64,000 bases of DNA, from the IMG/VR virus record IMGVR_UViG_3300033553_000116, positions 32,001 through 96,000 of that record, one strand, 5' to 3'. The translations under genes and the position numbers were made by a program. Every line of letters starts with the position of its first letter. The stretch's first letter is position 1. Origin of the DNA: a virus. A model generated the notes under the pieces. That model searched no databases, was not told where the DNA came from, and worked only from the letters and a program-made list of their open reading frames with translations. Below are positions 55,500 through 64,000 of the stretch, one piece after another.

Positions 55500-57725
55500 A
55501 TGAACCATAACCAAGGTGGCGGACTACCTGTGAGCGCAACACAGCTTAATCAACAAATGTATATCCAAGGTTTACCTAATAATATTCCTTTTCAACCACA
55601 AGTTCCATTATCCCAAAATGCGCAAACCTTTGCACAAGAAGCATTAGGTATCTTCTTACAAGAGCTACAGGATAAAGCATCTAAAAATCCAGCTCGTATT
55701 TTCTTATTCAACTTCTTAAGCCGTAACAACTATCAGAATAATGAATTCAATGAAATCTTTATCAGTCTAACTGAATACATTGAAGCATTGGTTATGTTAA
55801 AGGGTATGCCAGTACGTCAGGCTATGCAAGACGCGGCTTCTGATCTATGCTCTATGATGTCATCGATATATGTGTTAAAGTTCCAGCAGCTACAACAGAT
55901 GCTCGATCAGAACGCATTGAATGCAGCACAGGGCTGGGCTCAGACTTATAATGATGTCCGTGGTTTCATTGATGGATATTCCCGTCAGCAACAACCAGGT
56001 GGCGGTCAACAGCAACAACAAGGTTGGGGTGGTCAAGGTCAACAACAGAATCAGGGGTTCGGTCCATCTGGACAACAAGACGCTTGGCGTTCAGGCAATA
56101 CACAAGAGGCTTGGCGTTCAGGCCAACCACAGGGATTTGGTCCTGCTACAGGTGGGCAAGGTTTCGGTGGACAAGGTCAGGGTCAAGGGTTTGGTGGACG
56201 TGGCCAGCCACAAGGTTTCGGTCCTGCAACAGGGGGTCAAGGTTTTGGTGGTGGACATGCAATGAATAATAGTGCGAATATGTTTTCTGACGGCAATCTT
56301 AATACTGATTCAGGTGGTGGTAGTGGACGTGGTCGTGAATTCGGCACATCTCTTAAACCAAGAAATGCAGCAGTGAAAGATTCTTTTTCTAATTATAGTG
56401 AGGCACAACGTAGTACTGATAATGATGCTTGGGCTGCAGAAGCTAATAGACATCTTAATGACGGGGCATCTGGTAGACGTGGGGGTAACCAATCTACATC
56501 TAATTGGGGAACGGATCCTAATGAAGAAAACTTCTTAGCAGAACCTTTCGCTGAATTACCTGCAGAACGTTTGTTCGATAGAATGGATACCAATGATGGT
56601 AAGGTAGCAACTGCAGCTCATCTTACCGATAAGAAAAAGGTATTCACACCACAGCACCCTTACTCATTGGCGTTTGATCCTACACGTCAAGTTAAATATA
56701 TCGTTGAGGATTCCATCTCTGGAATGACTTACGAATCAATCATAGCAATGGAGGAAGGTATGGATTACCTAAAACATGAAATGGATCCTGCAATACGTGG
56801 GTCGGTAGTAACACCTAATGACGGCGTCTCTGTTCCTAACTGGAAGCCTGTTTACGATAAAACAAGCAAGGACGATTTAACTGAAGCGGAGTTAGTTGAA
56901 TTCCGTGATATTACTACGGTTAATGTTCCTTCTCCAGTCTTTAATAATAATCATGCTTATTTACAAGTAATGAAAACATTAATTAAGAAAGGTTCTATCT
57001 TACCTGACGATACTGTTGAATATACATTTACAACAGCTGATGTGATGTTTGAATTAGTTAACCCACAAAAGGTACATACTTACTTTGAAGATCTTATTCT
57101 AATTAAGACTGTAGACAAGTATGTAATTCATCTTGCTAAGTTAGCTAATGATCCTAGCTTCCCTACTCACATTTTAGTCAAGTTAGTTAAACGTGCAACT
57201 GATGCATTGAATACCGTTCTTTCTAAAGGTATGGGTCTTGATTGGGAAATCGAAAGCATCATTGAAGATTGGCTAGATCTTAAGGATCTATTCGCTGAAC
57301 GTTTCGGTGAAGAACAATGTGCACACCTTTTAGATGTACTAAACTCTACAGGTTCTAAACCAATTATTTATTCAACGGTTCTGATTGACGGTGCTGTACG
57401 AGATGAGTTCTTAAAAGGTCAAGACTTTAATGGTACTGAATATGAAAACTACATGGAAAACTTATTTGTTATCGGTGATAAGATTCAGGTCACTACTGTC
57501 CCATACTTAGCTTCTGATTTATCTATTAGTTTAGAAGAAAAGGGTAGCGCTGTACTGAAGTCACATTTGCCTGAATTATTTAAAGGACTTAAAGGCATGG
57601 CAGAACGAGCAGATAAACAGGCTCCTGTATCTCATATTTATTTAGTCACTAAGGATTTAGTAGAACTAGAAGTCAATGTCGGTATTCTCGGTAAAGATTT
57701 CTATATCCTTTCAGAAAATAAATAA
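55500..57725 (+). CDS. conserved phiKZ gp124-like protein with central Q/G/FG low-complexity region
   Basis: 741 aa; N..R.FLFN....N.Y.N.EF N-terminal motif; QGFG repeats. Confidence 0.75.
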   Translation: MNHNQGGGLPVSATQLNQQMYIQGLPNNIPFQPQVPLSQNAQTFAQEALGIFLQELQDKASKNPARIFLFNFLSRNNYQNNEFNEIFISLTEYIEALVMLKGMPVRQAMQDAASDLCSMMSSIYVLKFQQLQQMLDQNALNAAQGWAQTYNDVRGFIDGYSRQQQPGGGQQQQQGWGGQGQQQNQGFGPSGQQDAWRSGNTQEAWRSGQPQGFGPATGGQGFGGQGQGQGFGGRGQPQGFGPATGGQGFGGGHAMNNSANMFSDGNLNTDSGGGSGRGREFGTSLKPRNAAVKDSFSNYSEAQRSTDNDAWAAEANRHLNDGASGRRGGNQSTSNWGTDPNEENFLAEPFAELPAERLFDRMDTNDGKVATAAHLTDKKKVFTPQHPYSLAFDPTRQVKYIVEDSISGMTYESIIAMEEGMDYLKHEMDPAIRGSVVTPNDGVSVPNWKPVYDKTSKDDLTEAELVEFRDITTVNVPSPVFNNNHAYLQVMKTLIKKGSILPDDTVEYTFTTADVMFELVNPQKVHTYFEDLILIKTVDKYVIHLAKLANDPSFPTHILVKLVKRATDALNTVLSKGMGLDWEIESIIEDWLDLKDLFAERFGEEQCAHLLDVLNSTGSKPIIYSTVLIDGAVRDEFLKGQDFNGTEYENYMENLFVIGDKIQVTTVPYLASDLSISLEEKGSAVLKSHLPELFKGLKGMAERADKQAPVSHIYLVTKDLVELEVNVGILGKDFYILSENK
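55986..56259 (+). repeat. coding repeats: 6x QGFG, 2x AWRSG, 2x GQPQGFGPATGGQGFGG
   Basis: Visible in both protein and DNA. Confidence 0.9.
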
Positions 57726-57807
57726 TTAAAGTTTATCAAACAGTGGGTACCTAGTACCCATGTATAGACATTAACCAATATTAAAATATCAGGATAGGAG
57801 TCCTAAT

Positions 57808-58008
57808 ATGAGCACAGTACCACCAGTATTGGAAAAGACATCTAACCGAGTCCTACATGGTCAATTAGTTGATCTAAAGGACGAAGTATCAAGTTGGCAT
57901 CGTGAGACTGCTCCCATTGCATGTGATGGAATGATCACAATAGATTACCGTAATTACAATAAACTGATTGCGCTGCTAAATTCTATAGATGAAAATTCTT
58001 TAATTTAA
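57808..58008 (+). CDS. small hypothetical protein
   Basis: 66 aa, AGGAG SD. Confidence 0.6.
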   Translation: MSTVPPVLEKTSNRVLHGQLVDLKDEVSSWHRETAPIACDGMITIDYRNYNKLIALLNSIDENSLI

Positions 58009-58021
58009 TAATAATATTAAA

Positions 58022-58054
58022 AAGAGGGTGGGTAGCACCTACCTTTTTTTTTTT
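58022..58054 (+). terminator. intrinsic terminator
   Basis: GGGTGGGT-AGC-ACCTACCT plus T run. Confidence 0.7.
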
Positions 58055-58070
58055 ATCTTTAGGATGTAAT

Positions 58071-58694
58071 ATGGCTAAAAAATTAGATATAAGTAAATAC
58101 GATTCCCCAGTAGTATCTGCTGAAGGAATCAGCGATGCAGTAGAAGAGATTGAATATGACTTCTATATTAAGGTAGATGACTTTGACCAACTAGCTAGTG
58201 CTAAATCAATGGTTGAGCAAGAGCAATGGAACATCCCATTTATCAAGACATCTATAACTGCTGAGGTACGTGTTAGAAAATGCGTATGTCCTACAGGTAC
58301 TACGTTTGAACTTACAAACAAGATTAACATTGATGGTCTTGATGGTAAGTGGGAACTAGAGCGGGATATAGAAAGACATCACTTCGAAGAAATCAAAGCG
58401 TTATCTAAACAGGGCATGACTAAGAATCGTTATTACTACCCTATTAATGGTACAGATATGGTTTGGGAAGTTGATGTGTTCTTTGATGATAAGGGTAAGC
58501 CTATCCCATGGGTTAAGATTGACTTAGAAGTACATTCACGACTTAGTGCAGCTGATATTCCACCTTTACCTATTACTGGTTCTCAGGTTATCATGGCACA
58601 ACGTGGTGAGCGTACTGCTGAAGAAGAGGCTTTGGTTAATAAGCTTTATAAGCAGACATACGTTAGACGTAAAGCTGCTGAGGAGAGAGCATGA
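58071..58694 (+). CDS. CYTH/triphosphate tunnel metalloenzyme family protein
   Basis: EIE, VRVRK, ELT.K, ELE, KNRY, WEVDVF, DLEV. Confidence 0.8.
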   Translation: MAKKLDISKYDSPVVSAEGISDAVEEIEYDFYIKVDDFDQLASAKSMVEQEQWNIPFIKTSITAEVRVRKCVCPTGTTFELTNKINIDGLDGKWELERDIERHHFEEIKALSKQGMTKNRYYYPINGTDMVWEVDVFFDDKGKPIPWVKIDLEVHSRLSAADIPPLPITGSQVIMAQRGERTAEEEALVNKLYKQTYVRRKAAEERA

Positions 58695-58719
58695 AAATTA
58701 ATAGTAGGGGTGGAAACTA

Positions 58720-59187
58720 ATGTCGATTAAAGGATTGATGACAGTAGGTGCAATAGTTATGTTAGCTAGGCCATCTGCCCCCGTATTCAAACCACTAGAA
58801 ACAACGGCATATACATACTTCCATAAGTTAGATGATCAGGGCATGTTGTTGAGTCCTACTACTGATACTACAATGGCACTGTTAACACCAGGTGTAATAC
58901 AATACGGTACTACCACAATAGGTGCTGGAGCTACTACTGATACTAAATTGGTACTTAGTACACCCGGGGTAATACAATACGGTATTATAGGTACTATGCC
59001 GACAGCTACCACCGATACTAAACTAGCCCTTAATACGCCCGGAGTAATACAATACGGTATTATAGGCACTATGTCGGCAGCTACTACTGATACTAAATTG
59101 TTACTTGGGACACCAGGTGTAATACAATACGGTACTATAGGCACTATGCCACCAGCTACCGCTCCATCATATATGACGGTATATTAA
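58720..59187 (+). CDS. Thr-rich repeat protein (probably virion-associated)
   Basis: 155 aa with four 25-aa repeats. Confidence 0.7.
   Translation: MSIKGLMTVGAIVMLARPSAPVFKPLETTAYTYFHKLDDQGMLLSPTTDTTMALLTPGVIQYGTTTIGAGATTDTKLVLSTPGVIQYGIIGTMPTATTDTKLALNTPGVIQYGIIGTMSAATTDTKLLLGTPGVIQYGTIGTMPPATAPSYMTVY
58856..59160 (+). repeat. 4 x 75-nt tandem repeat (ATTDTKL.L.TPGVIQYG.IGTM)
   Basis: Units start at 58856, 58931, 59006 and 59081; invariant core GTAATACAATACGGTA. Confidence 0.92.
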
Positions 59188-59207
59188 ATTAAAGGAAGCA
59201 ATAAATA

Positions 59208-59708
59208 ATGGATACAGTTACATTTTACCCACCTGTTTACTCAGGAGTTACCAATACCTATGAAACACATGAAGGACTATTTGCTGAAGCATTCTATTTC
59301 TATAAAGAAAATCAAACTAGGGAAATGCATTTTTTTAAAGGAGTGCCTCCAACCGAAGCTGAGTTTTTAGAGTTCATGCCAGCAGATAGATCATCTGACT
59401 TACTAACCTCGGGAGATTTAGTTCCCGACAATCTAGCTCAGAGGTTATATAACCCGAACGAGAAATTAGATAGTGACTGGTATGGTGTATTGACGAATGA
59501 CGTTCCAATGCTTGGTGTAGCCAATGGATTAATGGAATGGATGGTATTGGGGCTAGATGATCAGTGGATTATGGTACCAATGGTTATAGATATCACCGAG
59601 ACAGGACCTTCTCCAGTTATCTTTATGGATCGCAATGTAGTACTTGGCGAGACCGTTAACTTAACATACCTCAATATATCAATCAACCCGTTTAAAGTCG
59701 GTGTTTAA
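59208..59708 (+). CDS. hypothetical acidic protein (possibly virion)
   Basis: 166 aa. Confidence 0.7.
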   Translation: MDTVTFYPPVYSGVTNTYETHEGLFAEAFYFYKENQTREMHFFKGVPPTEAEFLEFMPADRSSDLLTSGDLVPDNLAQRLYNPNEKLDSDWYGVLTNDVPMLGVANGLMEWMVLGLDDQWIMVPMVIDITETGPSPVIFMDRNVVLGETVNLTYLNISINPFKVGV

Positions 59709-59741
59709 TATGTTAAATAAAATACAAGGATACTCGCAATA

Positions 59742-60410
59742 ATGAAAATACTTTTAAACCGTCGAATGAAAAAACGACTTTACTCCTCAGTTGATTGCAT
59801 CCACAGTAGAATTACATTCTTTAATCCCAAGGTCAACACCAGCTATTTATGCATTAGCGGAACGTCGATAACCGCTGCTGATGCACAGATATTGCGCGAT
59901 AAGGTAAATGTAATTGGTTCCCCGTGGCTGGATGGTACTACGGCAATGTTAACATTCGCTAAAAAGACAGTTAATTTTAGAACTGCCATTGGCGAACTGG
60001 TGGCAACATATACTTATGACTTTGTTACTCCAGGCTCCACCTACAATTACGTTGATGACGCGGCGTACACTAGAGGTAGCTATGGGTATTTCCAAGTTGC
60101 CCGTCTTATAAGAGGCGGCTGGAAAATGAAGCAAAATTATGACGGCGATCTAATAATGACATTACTACCAGATATGCTACTGCCTGTAATAGATGGAATG
60201 GGTGGTAAGGTAATTACCTCAGTAGATGTTAATCTGTATGATGGTACCAATACAAAAAGAGCTATGTTAGAAGCAAGTGTTTCTAACTACGGTGGAAGTG
60301 GTACTATTAAAATGAATGATAACACTGCTAGAGCAGGTGGTGAAATTAGACTTATGGGAATGGACGACTATGTAATCAAAATGCCACGTAGTTTCGATTT
60401 AGTAATTTAA
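59742..60410 (+). CDS. hypothetical protein (possibly virion)
   Basis: 222 aa, AAGGA SD. Confidence 0.7.
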   Translation: MKILLNRRMKKRLYSSVDCIHSRITFFNPKVNTSYLCISGTSITAADAQILRDKVNVIGSPWLDGTTAMLTFAKKTVNFRTAIGELVATYTYDFVTPGSTYNYVDDAAYTRGSYGYFQVARLIRGGWKMKQNYDGDLIMTLLPDMLLPVIDGMGGKVITSVDVNLYDGTNTKRAMLEASVSNYGGSGTIKMNDNTARAGGEIRLMGMDDYVIKMPRSFDLVI

Positions 60411-60412
60411 CG

Positions 60413-60461
60413 ACATAAAAGGAGAGTGGGTTGCCCCACTCTCTAATATGCTTTTTTTTTT
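60413..60461. terminator. bidirectional terminator
   Basis: GGAGAGTGGG-TTGC-CCCACTCTCT plus T run. Confidence 0.85.
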
Positions 60462-60463
60462 GT

Positions 60464-62554
60464 TTAAAGTATCGTTTCACTGATAACTGTAAGAGTACTT
60501 CTAGGTAGCGCCATGCGTATATGATCAACTGATCTAGCCAATGTACTGTAATCTATTGTAGAGTCCAGTGTAAGCTGATGTTGGTCATACTTATCTTCCT
60601 GTTGTAACATATCAATTTTAGTATCCAATGACAATTCATGTGCAGACTTGTGCCCTACATCAATTGCAACCTTATTTAAAATATCAATACGAAGTCCAGT
60701 ATTCATCTTAGCATCTATATCACCAGTACGTACAGCTAACCAATCCCAAACTAATATAGGTTCAGGGTTAGTCTCTCTAGTATACTGGACATTATAACTA
60801 CTTAGCTGTGACATTATCTCTAACATAGCTTTCTGTATACCTGCTACAGAAATGTCATTTATAAAAGTAACACCAGTAACTTGTTTTACAATTTCTTCAT
60901 AGAAGTAACTAAATTCAAATTCAGCTAATCCAGCAAGATCTATACCTTTAACATTTAACCACTCATCAAACGTAGCTTGTCCACCACTTATATCAAAGTC
61001 CGAAGTGATATAAAGATTGTTCATTATACCTTCGACAGCTCCACGACCCATCTGATGCTCTTGAAGAGAGTATATCTCCCTATACTTATAGAAGTCTTCG
61101 TGTAATTGTTTAACTTTATAAGCAAAGGTATAGTTATACGGTACTTCACTATTATCAGTAACAGCATTAGTTGCAGCTTCTAATACTTCAGGGGTAATAT
61201 ATTTATCCGGTATCTTACTTCTAATCTCTTCTTCGGTGAGATTAAATGCATTGCGTCTAACCATATTGGCAGTGAGTTTTGGTATGTTATCAATCTTTAA
61301 TCCATTAGCCATGTTGTAACAATAAATAAATAGAAGGAATGCATCTTTGGCATTTACTCTAAGTTCTTTATTAGTCTTGGGGTTAATGAATTTAAAGACT
61401 GCAGTGTACTTACCGATAGCAGCCCAATACAACCAATAGTTTAAAAGCTCCTTAGTTAATATAACGACACCGCTACCACTAAAGTCTAGGATAGAAGATT
61501 CCAATATCTTAGTTTTAAACGCATCACGCTTAGCATTAAGGATACTATATGTCTTTGTCTCTATTGTCTCAGCCATAACGTCAGTGTTACTTTTGGCGAT
61601 ATTACGTTCCTTATAAAGGACGTCTTCTAAAGTAAACTCTTCAACAGACCTAGGTGTATGGTACCTATTTAAAGGAGCGCGAACAAAGATAGGTTCTTTC
61701 TTACCAGTCAGTAACATTTCATCTGAGGCGTTCTTAAGATTAAACTCAGCAAGGCCCATACCTCGTTCGGTCATTATTTTATCAACTAACCAATCAAATG
61801 TATTTTGTTTACCTGCATTACGTTCAATGTAAAGGATATTCCTATATAGGAAAAGTGCCTGACTAATTGTTAAGTATGAATAATGTTTATCTAATCTACC
61901 ATGACTCTTTAAGTATTCTCGGATATGGAAACTATGAACTGTATTAGTCTTAGTGTTCTCTAATCTAATCCCCATTAACCAAGCTGGTATATTGTAATAC
62001 ATAATACCTAGATGACTAGCTAGATATAAATCATCCGATACTATATAGGCAGGGTTATTCCAACGAGTTGCATAATTGTTAATTCTATCCTGCAACTTAG
62101 CAATCACATTTGTTTCTTGAACTTCTATTAATCCAGTACTCCAACGCAATATTTTATAATCCTCTGCATTGATTGCTTCATCTAACGGAGTAGGATTTAA
62201 TATACCACGAATTAGAAGTTCTTGTTCAGGATGTTTTTCCACTAGAGTTTTGTAATATTCAGTGTGTGGCTGGTAATATCTTTTAGTAACAGGATGTAAT
62301 TTTAAATTGCTAACTGTAAATTCTATAGTCTCTTTCGTATCGAAACTAGATACATACATAGGAACATCTAAAAAATGGACGATACCAGATAAATTAAGAA
62401 AGTACTTCCATGTACTTTGGTCGGTTGATATTTGATGACCGTGAGCTTCTAGATATTTATTAATCTCTAAGGCTGAAGCTAGGTTTTTTATAACCAACGA
62501 TTTAGTCAGAGTCAATGTCTCTTCTAAGTAACGTCTATAGTCTGTAGTAGACAT
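60464..62554 (-). CDS. virion structural (baseplate) protein, phiKZ gp128-like
   Basis: 696 aa; TWKYFLNL.G, HSFHI.EYL.SH, LYRNI.YI..NAGK, QLSSY motifs. Confidence 0.75.
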   Translation of the reverse strand: MSTTDYRRYLEETLTLTKSLVIKNLASALEINKYLEAHGHQISTDQSTWKYFLNLSGIVHFLDVPMYVSSFDTKETIEFTVSNLKLHPVTKRYYQPHTEYYKTLVEKHPEQELLIRGILNPTPLDEAINAEDYKILRWSTGLIEVQETNVIAKLQDRINNYATRWNNPAYIVSDDLYLASHLGIMYYNIPAWLMGIRLENTKTNTVHSFHIREYLKSHGRLDKHYSYLTISQALFLYRNILYIERNAGKQNTFDWLVDKIMTERGMGLAEFNLKNASDEMLLTGKKEPIFVRAPLNRYHTPRSVEEFTLEDVLYKERNIAKSNTDVMAETIETKTYSILNAKRDAFKTKILESSILDFSGSGVVILTKELLNYWLYWAAIGKYTAVFKFINPKTNKELRVNAKDAFLLFIYCYNMANGLKIDNIPKLTANMVRRNAFNLTEEEIRSKIPDKYITPEVLEAATNAVTDNSEVPYNYTFAYKVKQLHEDFYKYREIYSLQEHQMGRGAVEGIMNNLYITSDFDISGGQATFDEWLNVKGIDLAGLAEFEFSYFYEEIVKQVTGVTFINDISVAGIQKAMLEIMSQLSSYNVQYTRETNPEPILVWDWLAVRTGDIDAKMNTGLRIDILNKVAIDVGHKSAHELSLDTKIDMLQQEDKYDQHQLTLDSTIDYSTLARSVDHIRMALPRSTLTVISETIL

Positions 62555-62583
62555 GAATAATCCTCCAAAAGGGAGTTGAATAA

Positions 62584-64000
62584 GTGAGTAATGATAAAGT
62601 TTTACCTTTAGGGCAAAGTGTTAGCAGTGAAGCCCGTCACCCTAAATTACAGGCAATTAAAAAAGATCCAGTAGCGATGGCAGTAGCTTCAAAGTTACTT
62701 CCTGATAGAGACGCTTGGCGCTCTAATCGTAATGGTCAACAGAATGCACCACCTTCAGAGGGTCTAGCTAGAAAAATCTCTGATAGATCTACCCAGAACA
62801 TTACAGATAATAATAATATATTCCAGCTATTACCTGATACAGAACTAGCAATGCAAATTCTTATTAGTAGTATATTATCTCCTAAAGATATGGTAACTGT
62901 TGAGCTTGGATATCGCTGTTCTTCCAAATCCTTAGATGCAGAGATGTCTGGTCAAATGTTAGAGGTTATAAGAACCCATTTTGATGACAACTATAAGATT
63001 AAATCTATACTACCTAAAATCCTAGAAGAGTCTTTATTTAAGAAAGGTTGCTATCCTACATTGGTGCTACCTGAGAATTCCATAGACCAAGTTATTAATG
63101 GTAATGATAAAGTTACCTTTGAGTCTTTTTCAGGTGAGCTAACTGAGGATAAGAAATCAGTTAAACGAAGTATCGGTATATTAGGGTCACCTAAAGCATC
63201 TACTGAAGATGCTTGGTCATTGGAGAGCGCATTCAGTGCCACAGCATCATGTTCACACGCTGACTCCAAGGTTGCCTTTGGTGCTAAAGCTGCAGCATTA
63301 ATGGCTGATCTAGTAGTTACTGATAATACTAATGCATTAAGAATGCCAGCCGTTATGAAGAAGATGAAGGCTGAGAAGTTACAAGACGTTATGGGTATGA
63401 GAAAGGCCAGTACTGAAGCACGTGATGTGTTTGATGACAATGGTAAGAAGATACCGGGTGGTAAAGAGATTACTAACCAAGAGGTATCTAGTACCTTTTA
63501 TAAGGCTCGTAACTATCAACAAGATTCATACGGTGCACTCAAAGCCAAAAAGCCTGGTTCTGGCATTGGTCACCCACTAGTAATGAAACTACCAGCTGAG
63601 TCAGTAATCCCAGTACATACACCGGCTAACCCTGAAGACCATGTAGCATACTTTATACTACTGGATATGTTTGGTAACCCACTAAGTCGTGTAACTGAAT
63701 CTGATTATTACAGAGACCTGTCTTCAAACATTGGTTCCTCTGGCATTAGCTCACAGTTGTTGCAACAAGGTGATAGATCTGCCAATGGTAGACAAGACCA
63801 AACTGGTCAGCAGGAAACTACTGAGATGGTTAGACTTTATTCTGAAGTTGTTGAAAAAGATTTAATGCAACGACTTAAGAATGGTCTCTACGGTGAAGAC
63901 ATTGAGATTGCTAGGCCAATGGACGTCTATCAAGTAATGATGGCAAGAGCACTAGCTCAGAAGGGTACACAGATCCTATTTGTTCCAGCTGAGTTAGTTT
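62584..64000 (+). CDS. portal protein, phiKZ gp129-like (partial, runs off the window; not in ORF track)
   Basis: GGGAG SD, GTG start; IFQLLPDTELAMQILISSILSPKDM and GHPLVMKLPAESVIPVH motifs; divergent from the gp128-like gene. Confidence 0.8.
   Translation, partial: MSNDKVLPLGQSVSSEARHPKLQAIKKDPVAMAVASKLLPDRDAWRSNRNGQQNAPPSEGLARKISDRSTQNITDNNNIFQLLPDTELAMQILISSILSPKDMVTVELGYRCSSKSLDAEMSGQMLEVIRTHFDDNYKIKSILPKILEESLFKKGCYPTLVLPENSIDQVINGNDKVTFESFSGELTEDKKSVKRSIGILGSPKASTEDAWSLESAFSATASCSHADSKVAFGAKAAALMADLVVTDNTNALRMPAVMKKMKAEKLQDVMGMRKASTEARDVFDDNGKKIPGGKEITNQEVSSTFYKARNYQQDSYGALKAKKPGSGIGHPLVMKLPAESVIPVHTPANPEDHVAYFILLDMFGNPLSRVTESDYYRDLSSNIGSSGISSQLLQQGDRSANGRQDQTGQQETTEMVRLYSEVVEKDLMQRLKNGLYGEDIEIARPMDVYQVMMARALAQKGTQILFVPAELV

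Noticed and set aside
58856-59160. CRISPR-like array
   Set aside because: The intervening sequences are similar to each other, unit length is a multiple of 3 within an ORF, variation is synonymous, and there are no cas genes.
1-64000. Genome-wide TGA or TAG recoding
   Set aside because: All long core genes are intact in code 11 and use TGG for Trp; TGA and TAG end several genes; no suppressor tRNA in the window.

Overview
AT-rich genome segment of a phiKZ-like jumbo phage (probably Chimalliviridae, nucleus-forming; chimallin and PhuZ are not in this window). Two conserved core blocks follow phiKZ gene order: virion genes resembling gp87-gp101 (2.7-17.7 kb), and DnaB helicase, major capsid, non-virion RNAP beta-N subunit, gp128-like and portal genes resembling gp118-gp129 (48-64 kb). 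phiKZ gp numbers are assigned from memory of synteny and size, not from a search. Between the blocks is an ~30 kb accessory region with thyA, folA, tmk, nrdA, dcd, two NTP pyrophosphatase-like genes, ClpP-like, SLOG/DprA-like, fibre genes, two tRNA genes and many small ORFans. NrdA looks gammaproteobacterial. The best-supported hidden element is an ORF-less 332-nt group IA2 intron that splits thyA (22498-22829). Other notable items: an ~1 kb structured non-coding region around the tRNAs holding two copies of an unrecognised RNA motif; an atypical tRNA-Ala; an unannotated alpha-CTD-like gene with an in-frame TGA; an HNH plus ADP-ribosyltransferase-like fusion with head-protease-type sites; a Gp49/Acb4-like candidate sponge; RMF-like proteins; and a QGFG low-complexity domain in the gene after the RNAP subunit.
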